Source of the DNA: Candidatus Woesearchaeota archaeon
Lineage (GTDB): Archaea; Nanobdellota; Nanobdellia; Woesearchaeales; JAAOYA01
NCBI GenBank assembly: GCA_018221105.1
Contig: JAAOYA010000008.1
Coordinates: 259,244-323,243 of the forward strand
Length of the DNA stretch: 64,000 nucleotides
Reading direction: 5' to 3'
The position numbers and the translations under genes are program-made. Positions within the stretch are counted from its first letter, which is position 1; every line of letters begins with the position of its first letter. Positions 38,650-49,100 of the stretch are shown piece by piece. Below the pieces are notes generated by a model, which saw nothing but the letters and a program-made list of their open reading frames with translations, made no database searches and was not told where the DNA came from.

Positions 38650-39320
38650 AATCGATAGGTCACAAGTTTTTTAATGTGTACTCTGATAAAAAGAATAATT
38701 TGTTTACTTTAAACTTGACTCCTGGCAAAAGTTTTTTTGCTGAAAAATTAGTTCGTGACTCTGGCAAAGAGTTTCGAGAGTGGGATGCTAATCGCAGCAA
38801 ACTGGCGGCGGCTATTAAAAAAAAGATTTCTCAAATTGGCATCAGAAAAGGCAGTGTGGTGTTGTATTTGGGGGCTAGTCATGGTTACACTCCAAGTTTT
38901 ATTTCAGATATTGTTGGCTCTTCTGGTTTTATTTTTTGTTTAGATTTTGCGCCTCGAGTTGTTCGTGATTTAGTGTTCGTGTGTGAGGAGCGCTCTAACA
39001 TGGCTCCAATGCTAGAAAGTGCCAATCACCCACAAGATTATGCAAGTGTTGTAGGCCAAGTTGACGTTGTTTACATGGATATAGCACAGCGTGAGCAAAC
39101 AAAGATTTTTGTCAAAAACATTGAGACTTTTTTAAAAAAAGACGGTTTTGGACTCTTGGCATTGAAAGCTCGTTCTGTTGATGTTACAAAAAAGCCGAAA
39201 ATTGTGTTTAAACAGGTTTATCAAGAGCTTGAAAACACTAAAGGAATTAGTGTTGTTGATTATCGAGAACTAGCACCTTATGAATTAGACCACGCTTTTT
39301 TTGTCGTCAAGAAAAAATAG
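38646..39320 (+). CDS. flpA: Fibrillarin-like 2'-O-methyltransferase
   Basis: REW...RSKLAAAI, VLYLGAS.G.T.S..SD, DIAQ..Q, KARSVDVT, L.PYE.DH. Confidence 0.96.
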   Translation: MKSIGHKFFNVYSDKKNNLFTLNLTPGKSFFAEKLVRDSGKEFREWDANRSKLAAAIKKKISQIGIRKGSVVLYLGASHGYTPSFISDIVGSSGFIFCLDFAPRVVRDLVFVCEERSNMAPMLESANHPQDYASVVGQVDVVYMDIAQREQTKIFVKNIETFLKKDGFGLLALKARSVDVTKKPKIVFKQVYQELENTKGISVVDYRELAPYELDHAFFVVKKK

Positions 39321-39325
39321 TTTTT

Positions 39326-41716
39326 TTAAGAAGCTTTGAATTTGTTTGCTTGATATGTTGTGTTTTCTAAGTTGTGCATTGCTTCAAGATCGGTTTTTAT
39401 TATTTCATACTTTTGGGGTAGTGTGAGGTTTGTGATTTGGTCTTTTAGGCTTAGTTCTTTGTCTTTTTTGTGTTTCCAAATAAAACTGTTAACGGCTATT
39501 ATATCATCTGTTGTGATTTTTGCTTTTATTTCTTTTGTTACTATTGGAAAATTTTCAAAGTGCACGTCAGCATTGTACAAATCATTGTATAATTTGTAAG
39601 TTATTATTGGAATTATTGGAGCGAAAAGTTTTAACAAGTTTTGCATGCAATAATGTAGGGCGTAAATGGCTCCGTTTTGTTGTTTTTTTGAAAATTTGTT
39701 TTCTTGATTGTAAGCTCTGCGTTTTGCAAGTTCTAAATAGTGTGATGCAAAAGTCTCCCACAAAAAATGTTTTAGTTTTACTCCTGGGTTGTGATTGTCA
39801 TATTTTGCGTAGCGTTCATCACAAAAAGTTATTAGATTATTGATTTCGTTTATTATCCAATTGTCTAATTCTAATAATTCAACTTCACCTTTTGGTTGTT
39901 CAAACATGCTAATAAAACGTGCTACATTGTAAAGTTTTGTTAGTGTTTTGCCTGCTCCTTCAATTCTTTCAAAATTGCACCTGAAATCTTGTCGTTCAAG
40001 GTTTCCTTCAATACTGGCCCATAAACGTAGTGGTTCTGCTCCTGACTTGTCTAGTACTTCTTTTGGGTCTATCACGTTGCCTTTTGACTTTGACATTTTA
40101 TGTCCTTTATCATCAACTATGTGATAGTTTATCCAAGCATCATTAAATATTAGTTCTCCTGTTAGCAAGTAGGCTTTCAATACTGTGTAATATAACCATG
40201 TTCTGATTATTTCTTTTCCTTGAGGCCTAACTGTGCAGGGCTTATGATTTTTAAAAAATGTATCGTCAAAACCATAGCGTAAAATGTATAATGGGCTGTT
40301 GGAGCTGTCAAACCAAGTATCAAAAACCCTTTTGTCACCCTCGATTTCTGTTGAGGAGCATTTTGGACATTTTGTTATTGGAGATTTATCTTTCCATGGT
40401 TGGTAATACTTTCCTTTTGGAGGTATTATTATTTCATTGCATTTTTTACAATGCCAAACCGGGACTTCAGTAGCATAATAACGATTGCGCGATATTGGCC
40501 AATCAATTGTTATTGATTCAATCCAATCAAGCATAATATTACGTGAGGAATCATCATAAAAATTTAGTTTTTTGGCTAGTTTTTTCATATCAGTTTTTAT
40601 GTTGACTTGTTTTAAGTAGAATTCTTTCATTGAAATAAATTCGATTTCGTCTCTTGAGCGCTCGCAAACTGGAGTGTTGTGAGTTATTTGAGTTTGATTG
40701 ACTAATAATTTTTGCCTCTTTAATAACTCAATAATCTTTTTTCTTGCTTCCTTTACTGTTAAACCTTTCAATAATCCTGCGTGTTCGTTCATCTTGCCGT
40801 TTTGGTCTATTGCAATTACTGGTTTTAATTTCATTTCACGAAAGAATCGAATGTCTGTCAAATCTCCGTATGAGCACATCATCACAAGTCCTGTTCCTTT
40901 GTTAATGTCTGTTGAAGGATGCGCTTTTATCGGTATTTCTTTTTCAAAAATTGGCGTTATTGCTGTTTTGTCTTCTAAATGCTTGTAGCGTTTATCTTTT
41001 GGATTGTAAATTATCATGGCACAAGTGGCTATTAGTTCTGGTCTTGTAGTGCCTATGATTAAGTCTTCGTTTGTTTCTTTAGACTTGAATATTATGTCAT
41101 TGAATGTTGATGTGACATTTTCGTAATCGACTTCTGCGTTTGCAAGTGTTGTTTGGCATCCTGGACAATAATTGTTCACCCTGTCATCTTCGTAGATGAC
41201 CCCTTTATTGTACAAGTCTATAAAAGTGTCTTGTGTTAGCCTGCGATACTCTGGAGAATCTGTGTAGTATACATCTCCAACATTGTCTCCCAGCTCCCAA
41301 GAATTAAAGCATACTCCACAACGATAAAATGTGTCAATTGATGCTAATGAACTTTCTTGCAATAGTGTTTTGCAATACTCTGTTGCTTTTTCTCTTGATA
41401 TATCTTTTAGTTGAACATTGAATTTTTTTTCTGCTGCCATTTCAATTGGCAGACCGTTGCGATCTAACCCCATAGGAAACAGTACTTCATGGCCTTTCAT
41501 TCTGTTATAGCGTGCGAACATGTCCATTATTATGTATGTTGTTGTTTGACCGATGTGTATTGGAGTGTTAACGTATGGCGGCGGAGTGTCTATTGAGAAC
41601 ATTTGCTTTTTAGAATTAATATTATACGAATACTTTTTTGATGTTTTCCAATTTTTTACAATTGGTTCTTCTAAGGCCTTATCCCAGCGTTTTTCTTTGA
41701 TTTTAGGTTCTGCCAT
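39326..41716 (-). CDS. valS: Valine--tRNA ligase, archaeal type
   Basis: DTPPPY, HIGQ, TTRPE, GTGLVM.C, DW.ISR, DTWFDSS, RPQG..IIRTW, KMSKS. Confidence 0.95.
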   Translation of the reverse strand: MAEPKIKEKRWDKALEEPIVKNWKTSKKYSYNINSKKQMFSIDTPPPYVNTPIHIGQTTTYIIMDMFARYNRMKGHEVLFPMGLDRNGLPIEMAAEKKFNVQLKDISREKATEYCKTLLQESSLASIDTFYRCGVCFNSWELGDNVGDVYYTDSPEYRRLTQDTFIDLYNKGVIYEDDRVNNYCPGCQTTLANAEVDYENVTSTFNDIIFKSKETNEDLIIGTTRPELIATCAMIIYNPKDKRYKHLEDKTAITPIFEKEIPIKAHPSTDINKGTGLVMMCSYGDLTDIRFFREMKLKPVIAIDQNGKMNEHAGLLKGLTVKEARKKIIELLKRQKLLVNQTQITHNTPVCERSRDEIEFISMKEFYLKQVNIKTDMKKLAKKLNFYDDSSRNIMLDWIESITIDWPISRNRYYATEVPVWHCKKCNEIIIPPKGKYYQPWKDKSPITKCPKCSSTEIEGDKRVFDTWFDSSNSPLYILRYGFDDTFFKNHKPCTVRPQGKEIIRTWLYYTVLKAYLLTGELIFNDAWINYHIVDDKGHKMSKSKGNVIDPKEVLDKSGAEPLRLWASIEGNLERQDFRCNFERIEGAGKTLTKLYNVARFISMFEQPKGEVELLELDNWIINEINNLITFCDERYAKYDNHNPGVKLKHFLWETFASHYLELAKRRAYNQENKFSKKQQNGAIYALHYCMQNLLKLFAPIIPIITYKLYNDLYNADVHFENFPIVTKEIKAKITTDDIIAVNSFIWKHKKDKELSLKDQITNLTLPQKYEIIKTDLEAMHNLENTTYQANKFKAS

Positions 41717-41777
41717 TTTAACCATCACGTTATTATCGTCGATAAGTATTATTTTAGAATGGTGTTATTAATAAATT

Positions 41778-42938
41778 TTACCTCTCGACTATGCGCTTAA
41801 ATATTGTGCTGACTTGTTTGTCGAGTTGTCGCTGGATTATTATTGTTTGATCTACTTTGCTCTTTAAATTGTCATATTTTGCTTGTCCTACAGTATCAGC
41901 AATTTTTTTGGAGTGTTTGACTAACTCATTTTTTACTTTGTTAGTTGTTTGGCTTACAGCATTGACTTGCCTGACCATTGAATTATAATATTTTATCATG
42001 CTATTGATTCGGCGCAACATTTCACCATCTTTGGTGTCTAACTCATCAATTTTTGATTTCATTCCATCGAGTTGTTCTTGTGGAGTGTCAAGTTTTAAGT
42101 GTGTTAATTCATATTTTAGTTTGTTGAGTGTTTGCTGGTTTTCAATAATGTTATGTTTTACTTCTTCGCGCAATTCTGAGAACTTATCAGGTGTTACTGC
42201 TTGGTCAAGTTTTACTTTTAAATCGAGAACTTTTTTTGTAAAATCACTAAATTGTTCGTTTATCTCTGTTGCTGTGGCCTTGTAATCTTTAAACTCGTCG
42301 AACTTTTTGTTTACTTCGACAAATATTTCTTCTACTTTATCAGAGTGTTTTTGAATGTTCGCCTCTAATTTTTTCATTTCTTTTATTTCGTCTTGAACTT
42401 CACTGTTTAATTTTATTACTTGTTCCATTCCCCTGAAAGCTTTGATGCTGCCACGAACAGTTTTTAACTCTTCAATTACTGTGTTGACTACTTGTTCATG
42501 GCTTTCAATTTTTGCTTTTAGTGCTTCTAGTTTAGCGTCCATCTTTTTTTGTTCGCTCATTAAGTGTTCTGGTTGTACTTCACTCACTAAGTCTGATGCT
42601 TTGATGGCTTTAACTTCTAAATCTTGAATTTCTCTTTCACGATCGATTAGGGTGCTTCGTAATTCGCCTATTTGTTCTGACAGGCGTGAGAATTTTTCTG
42701 AGTATACTGTTCTAAGCTCATTATTAGCTTCTGATTGTGCTTTTAAGCGTTCGACATCTGCAAAGAATGTGTTAAGATCTTGGCGTGCTAAAGGTGATGT
42801 ATCTTGTGCTTGTACTAAGGATTCTTGCTCTCCGGTTATAATTTTTGATTCTCTATCTTCTAAATCTTCAAGACCTTCTTTTTTTACGTCTTTTGGGTCT
42901 TGTTCTTTTGATTTTTTTCTAAGCAAATTACTTTTCAC
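41778..42938 (-). CDS. Long coiled-coil protein downstream of the giant ATPase gene
   Basis: About 330 aa of heptad E/K/L/Q helices. The GTG at 42938 lies inside a GAGGTGA SD, so the true start may be the nearby in-frame TTG. Confidence 0.8.
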   Translation of the reverse strand: MKSNLLRKKSKEQDPKDVKKEGLEDLEDRESKIITGEQESLVQAQDTSPLARQDLNTFFADVERLKAQSEANNELRTVYSEKFSRLSEQIGELRSTLIDREREIQDLEVKAIKASDLVSEVQPEHLMSEQKKMDAKLEALKAKIESHEQVVNTVIEELKTVRGSIKAFRGMEQVIKLNSEVQDEIKEMKKLEANIQKHSDKVEEIFVEVNKKFDEFKDYKATATEINEQFSDFTKKVLDLKVKLDQAVTPDKFSELREEVKHNIIENQQTLNKLKYELTHLKLDTPQEQLDGMKSKIDELDTKDGEMLRRINSMIKYYNSMVRQVNAVSQTTNKVKNELVKHSKKIADTVGQAKYDNLKSKVDQTIIIQRQLDKQVSTIFKRIVER

Positions 42939-42984
42939 CTCTTTTATGTTTTTTTGTGTTGTTTGTGTTTTATAAAATATTCTG

Positions 42985-43140
42985 TTAATCTTTGTCTTTA
43001 AACATTGATTCTTTTAAAAACACGTTTCCTTGCAAGTCTTCTAAAAAGCGCAAGGTTGTGCCAGCATCCCATCCTTTAGCTTGCGCTAAGTCTTTTGGGA
43101 TGGTGATTTTGTATTGTCCGTTGTTTAATACTATTCGCAT
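42985..43140 (-). CDS. AbrB/MazE/SpoVT-type DNA-binding protein (51 aa; absent from ORF track)
   Basis: MRIVLNNGQYKITIPKDLAQAKGWDAGTTLRFLEDLQGNVFLKESMFKDKD, with GGGGTGA SD; GQ..ITIPK.....GW..G..L is the swapped-hairpin pattern. Confidence 0.85.
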   Translation of the reverse strand: MRIVLNNGQYKITIPKDLAQAKGWDAGTTLRFLEDLQGNVFLKESMFKDKD

Positions 43141-43155
43141 TTTATCACCCCGAAA

Positions 43156-46100
43156 TTATTTTATTTCTTTTTGCACCTCTTTGATTTTTTGTTCTATTTT
43201 TTCAAGCTCGCTTTTTGATTCCATTGTCCTAGCGATTTTTAGTGCTGCTGGAAGACTGGTAATTTTTAATTGTTGTATTGTTACGTCTTTTCCTGCTTTT
43301 CTGGCGCTTGAAAGGTCTAATTGTAAGTTTTCTAGTTCTTGCTCTAGCCTTGTTGCAATATCATTAAAGTTATCAACTGCTTTTTTCTCCTCTTGTTGTG
43401 CTGGTTTTTCTTTTGTTTTTTCTTGCTGTTTTGATTCTTTTTTCTTTGATTTTTTGGCTACTTTTTTAGCTTCTTTTTTGGCTGCTTTTTCTGCTTTCTT
43501 TTTTTGTTTTTTTGTTTTTACTGGTTGCACTGATTCTATTGTCACTTCTTCAAATTCAGGTTCTTTCTTTTTTTGTTCTTTAGTTTCTTCTTCTTTGGTT
43601 TTTTCTGATTGGTCTCGCTCTTCTGATTCTTTGCCTGATGTTGTTTTTGTTGACTCTTCTGCTTTTTCTTGTGATTCTTGGTCTGCAACATATTGTTTTC
43701 TTGCTATTTCTGCTTTTTTGATGTCTGCTTCTAGCATTTCATGTGTTATGATTTTTTTCTCGCGTTTTGGTGCTTTTTTACCGAGTCGCTCCCACAGTCT
43801 TTCAACGCGCGGTCTTAGGCTTTCAAGGTAAATGTCTACCATGTTGAAGCCTCCTGTTTTGACTTTTTTGAGTGATAAATCTAGTTCTAAACGCAAGTCG
43901 AATACGTCTTGGCCTTCTTTTTCTAGCATGTCAACCTGGTATGCTAGTTCATCGATTAAATTGTTGTATTTTGCGTATTTGTCAAGTTCGTCATCTGTTA
44001 ATCGTTTCACACTGTGTGTTATTGGCCTGAAACTTACGAGGTATGGTTTTCCTTTGTTGTATTCCGCGTTTTCAAACATTCCTGTTCCAACACTTGCCTT
44101 GACTACTGATTTTACGACATCTGAGCCGTATTTGGTTTTTAGTCTTTCAAGATCTCCCTCATCGCGTGTGCGCATTTGTAGTTCTGTGTTAATGTTTGCT
44201 TTGATCTCGCCTACGAAGTCTGATAGTACTTGCGATATTAAGAGTAGTCCAAGGCCCCATTTTCTAAATTCACGACATGCGCGCTCTACTTGTATGAATC
44301 CTTCACCACTACCGCCAAACTTGCTCAGTAAGCGGTGGACTTCGTCATAGACTATTAGGGCTTTTAGTTCTTGTGATTCTTCTAGGTTAGCGTGGAATAT
44401 CTCGCGAACAGTGTTAGCCACGAATAAATCAATATCTTTTGGGTCCAAACGATTGATTGTGAAGATGTTTATCTCTCCTGGTTTTATGTAGTCTTTTAGG
44501 CTTATTATCTCTCGAGCGTCTGTTACTTGTCGGATGTTTCCATTGTACGCTTTTGCTTCTTCTTTGTTCATCCCATAATCTGTGTATCGATCTAGCATTT
44601 TGCTATCTTCTAACTTTCTTAAAAACCCACTCCACTGTGCTGTTGGATCGAATACTATTACTGCAACATTTTTCTTTAGTGCTTCTTCTACTATTACTTG
44701 TGCTGCTATTGTTTTACCGCCTCCAGTGCTTCCCGCTACTATTGTGTGCATCATTAGTTTTTCAAGCTCTACAAAGGTCCTGATTTTTGTCTCTGCCAGG
44801 TTGCCCATCCAGGCTGTGCGATCTGTTGGTCTTGGCAGCTCGTGCAAGTCTGGCATTGCAAGGCGATATTTTCTTTTTGACTCGAAATAATTGCGTGTTT
44901 CAAGAGCTCCAACTGCAACTATTAGAATTAATCCTAGCATTGTTGCCAAAGCCCATAATTTAACGCCAAATAGTGAGCGAGCGTATAATGGTTCTCTGAT
45001 TGTAATGTCATCAAAGTCTTTGATGCTGTACTCTTTTGCGCTTATAATGTATGATACTGTGGCTCTTACTGTATAATCTCCTAGTTTTATGTTTCTTGAT
45101 AGGTTTAAGGTGTATTCTTTTATGAAACCATCAGGTCCTACTATTATTTGCTCTGATAAGTTCATAACTGTGCGTCCGAGCTTGCTATCTACCAGGTCAA
45201 CTGTCAGGTTTGTGTCAATTGATTGTGATAGTGGATTAGCAATTTTTACTTGCATTGTCAGCTCGTTTCCTGGGCTTATGACTTGTGTTACTGGTTTTAT
45301 CGTGACTGACAGTAGTTGATCGCCTTTTTCTGCAACTCTTAATTGTACTGGCAGGCGTTTTACTCCTTTATTGCTAGTTAGTGAAATTTCACCAGTGTAA
45401 ACTCCTGCTCTTGTCTCTAATGGCACGTTTATCACGTAGAAAACGTCTGTTTCACGGCCTTTTTCTAGTGTTAATGAGTAAGTGTCAAAATCAAAAAATT
45501 CTGCTATTGGACCAACTTTTTCTATTCTTATTTGCAGTGTTTCGTTTTGATCATTGTAAAAATGTAGTTTTCCACGGCTGATTTCCCCGCCGAATAATTC
45601 TTTGTTAATGTCTGCTGTGTCTACTGATAGTGAATCTGATTGTCTTGACTCAAAGAATTCTGATAGTGTTTCGTTTAGTTCTTCTTGCCCTAGGCCACTG
45701 CTTCCGCCGCCTCCGCTTGGGCTTGGGCTTGGCGCTGGCGGTGGTGGAACTATTACTACTGGAATGTCTTCTGATATCAAGTATGCTACTTTGCTTAAGC
45801 CTGTAACATTTGCTAAGTATAAGTGCTCATATCCGTCAAACAATAGTAGTCTTGTGCTGCTAACTTGTGTGAAATTGCCATTGCAAACTCTTGAGCTGTA
45901 AGTCCAATTGATGCAGCGGTATACGTATATTCTGTTGATGTCTTGGATGCCTTTGCCACTAGTGTCATATGTTAGTGTTAGGTTAGTGCCTCCTGTTAGG
46001 TTAATGCCACTTTTTATTGCTACTGCTGATATGTCATTATCACCTTCTACTGATGATACTGTTGCAATATCAATTGAGTCTATGTCTATTGAATCTGACC

Positions 46101-49100
46101 AGTTTGTAATGTCATAGTTTGGTACTTGTATTAAAGTGTTTATAGCATCAATTGTTAAGTCATAGTTGCGCCTGTGTACTATGTCAGAGTACACTCCGTT
46201 TGACGCTGATACTATTGTTTGCATGTGTTCTTTTGTTGTTGGCTTATAAAAGTCAAAGGTTGTTTGTGTTCCGCCACTGCCTGCTTCTTGTACAATACCG
46301 TTGAAGGAAAAGTCTTGGTATAGTTCAAATGGTAAGCTTAATAATTGACTATTACTAGTGTTGTCTGATAAGTTGATGTTGATTGTGTAATCTCCTAATT
46401 CTATGAGGTTTGCTATCAAGTAGATATCTTTGCTACTAATGTTTATTTGAGGTATTACAGTGCCACTTGATGGTGTTGTTAGGGTTGCGCTAATGACTCC
46501 CAAATCATTATCATCAAAAGTGCTAATTGTTATTGTTGTATTGCCACTGCCTGGTTTCTCCAGTGAAGTGTTATAAGCTGTTATGTATGGTGGGTACACA
46601 TCGCCATAAGTTATGCTTGCAGTGTCGATTGCAGTACCATTTTGGAATTCTCCAATTATTTTTAGTGTTTTTGATTGTTGTGTATTGTTAGTTCCAAAAC
46701 TTGGAGCATAACACGTTATTGTATCCGCTACCAGTGTTAAGTTAGCACATGGCACGTCATCGATTGTTACTGTTACATTATCAGCAGTAGTTGTAAAAGT
46801 ACTTTGCAAATTGTAATCATAGTATATTGGCGTTATATTAATAGTTATTAACTGGTTGTTTAGCACATTAGTTTGCGGCATTACTGAAATTATGCTTAAT
46901 TCTTTGTCAACAAATATTGTGAATTGATTAACTTGCGGGGCGTATCCTGTGCTAATAATTGTGTGAGTATAAGTTGTGTTGCTAATTGTTGCTGGTGCAT
47001 TATAGTTTAAGTATTGGTTTCTAGTGCCAAACTTTGAGAGTGTGTAACTTCCAGTGTTAAACCATAAAACACCACTATTGCTCGTAAACTGTGTTATTCC
47101 AGCATCAACATTTCCGGTGTTGTCGACAGTCATTGATATATTATTGCTTGTCTGTGACCCTGCACTAACATAATCTGTTGATGGGTTAACGTTTATTGAT
47201 GGGTCTAGTGGAACTATTATTTGCACTGTCGCAGTGTCTTCTATTGCTCCAGAATAAACTCTTAGTGTTGTTGTATAAGTTGTAGGACTATAACCATATG
47301 GAACATTTATAGTCATGTTCAATGATGATCCAACACCATTAAACAATTGTAATAAAGTATTGTATGATATGTCAAACTCGCTCTGCGCGCATACAACTCC
47401 GGTGCAATTGCCTGTAACATCATATAATGCTGTGTTACCATCGTTTTCAATAGCAATTACTTCTACGCTTGTACTATTATGGTTTATTGTTGCGTTTATA
47501 GTGTTTGATAATATGTTGATGCTTGGCTCGTTTATTGGCTCTTGTTCTACGTACAACACTGCTGTTGTAGCACCTGAGGATAATGCTGAAACATTTGCTG
47601 TTAACTCGTTTAATAAAACGTTCGGAGTTGATGGTAGTTGTTGCCACCATGGACCACTACAATGACCTGTTGGCGAATCAAAATTATCACATTTGTAAAC
47701 TCTTAAATATGTTTCTTCTACTATTGTTGGTCCTTTAAAGCCTGTTGGGGCTGGTAAGTGATCTGTATAATCTATTGTTATAAAACCTGCATTTGGCATG
47801 TTTGTCTGTATTGCAAAGCCTTCAATATCGCTTGATAGTTCTGCGTCTGATGCTGAAACTATTGATAAGTTTATGAAGCTTGTTGGAAGGTTAAAGTATG
47901 ATACATTATAAATTGTTAAATTGTAACTTTCAAAGAATATGTTTGTGTCATAAATACGTGTTTTTATTGTTATGTTATAATGGCCTGTTGCGTTTGTTGA
48001 AAAATTGTATGATGCGTTCACATCATTATTGTTTAGTGTGAAATTGGCTCTTACTGGATTACTTTGATAGTCTAGTATTTGTCCTGCAAAGTTTTTGTTC
48101 TCGAATACTTCAAATGTTGTTGTTATGTTGTTATTGATGTTTGACGCAGCGTCAATTACTAAAAACTGCAAACTATGAATTCCTAAATCATTAAAATCGC
48201 TGGTGTTTTGCCAATACCCATTGAGGTACTCCATAGGATATTGTATTGGAGTTGCATTGTTTGGATGCGTGATTAATGCTATTACTTGTGTTACTGCAAC
48301 ATTGTCTGTAGCGTTTAATAATATTGTACTATTAGAGTATCTTTGCACATCTGACACATTGTAAGTTGTCACTGTTGGCGTTGTAACATCTTTGTAAGTT
48401 ACTGCGTTTGATTGTTCGCGCTCGTAAATAAGCAGTCCTGTCGGACCATTAAAAGTGCTTTTTAATCTTAAGTCATAAGAGTTAGCATCAGGTATTGCTG
48501 GAGCATTACAAGTCAGTATTGTGTTATTGCCAACAACACTTGTACCGTTTATTGAACAAGTTGTTGTCTGATTTAACCATATCTCATAAGTAACGTTTTG
48601 TGTTACTGGTCCTGTTTCATAGACAAATTCTGCAGTAACATTTATTTCATCACCTACTAGCACGTTTGTTGATGGTGCGACATCAATAATTGTCAGATTT
48701 GCATAATGCACATAGTATGTTACATTGTAGGTTTTAGTGTTTTGGCCGTCTTTTACTACTAGATTTCCTGTATAATTATTGTTACCCCCTGGTGCTGTGT
48801 GATTGATTTGTACTACATAACTTTGTGTTGGCGCTAGAGTTGTAATATTTTCTTGCAGTATTAGATAGCTTGTTATTGGTCCTGCAAGGCTGAAATTAAA
48901 TGTTATGTTAATATTACCTGTGTTGGTTAGGTTAAACTGCTCGTCTAACTGGTTAATGTCTGTCACTCCATTAATGTCTAACAAATATGTGTTGTTGATC
49001 CAATCAAATGACGGTGTGATGTTTAATTGTTGTATGAAGTTTTGAGAACTTGTCTCATTTACCGTGATTGTTATATTGTAAAGTCCTGGTGTTTTGCCTT

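Noticed and set aside
37887-39330. C/D box guide RNA near nop5/fibrillarin, or tRNA genes
   Set aside because: No intergenic RUGAUGA...CUGA pair or cloverleaf could be recognised by eye.
44020-44820. Canonical DNA-repair HerA or conjugative-element VirB4
   Set aside because: No HAS barrel, nurA/mre11/rad50, relaxase, integrase or other T4SS genes in view; the domain is TM-fused to an adhesin.
42992-45901. Series of long plus-strand ORFs (e.g. 279 aa at 42992-43831)
   Set aside because: Antisense shadows of the giant gene caused by codon bias; F/S-rich with no recognisable motifs.
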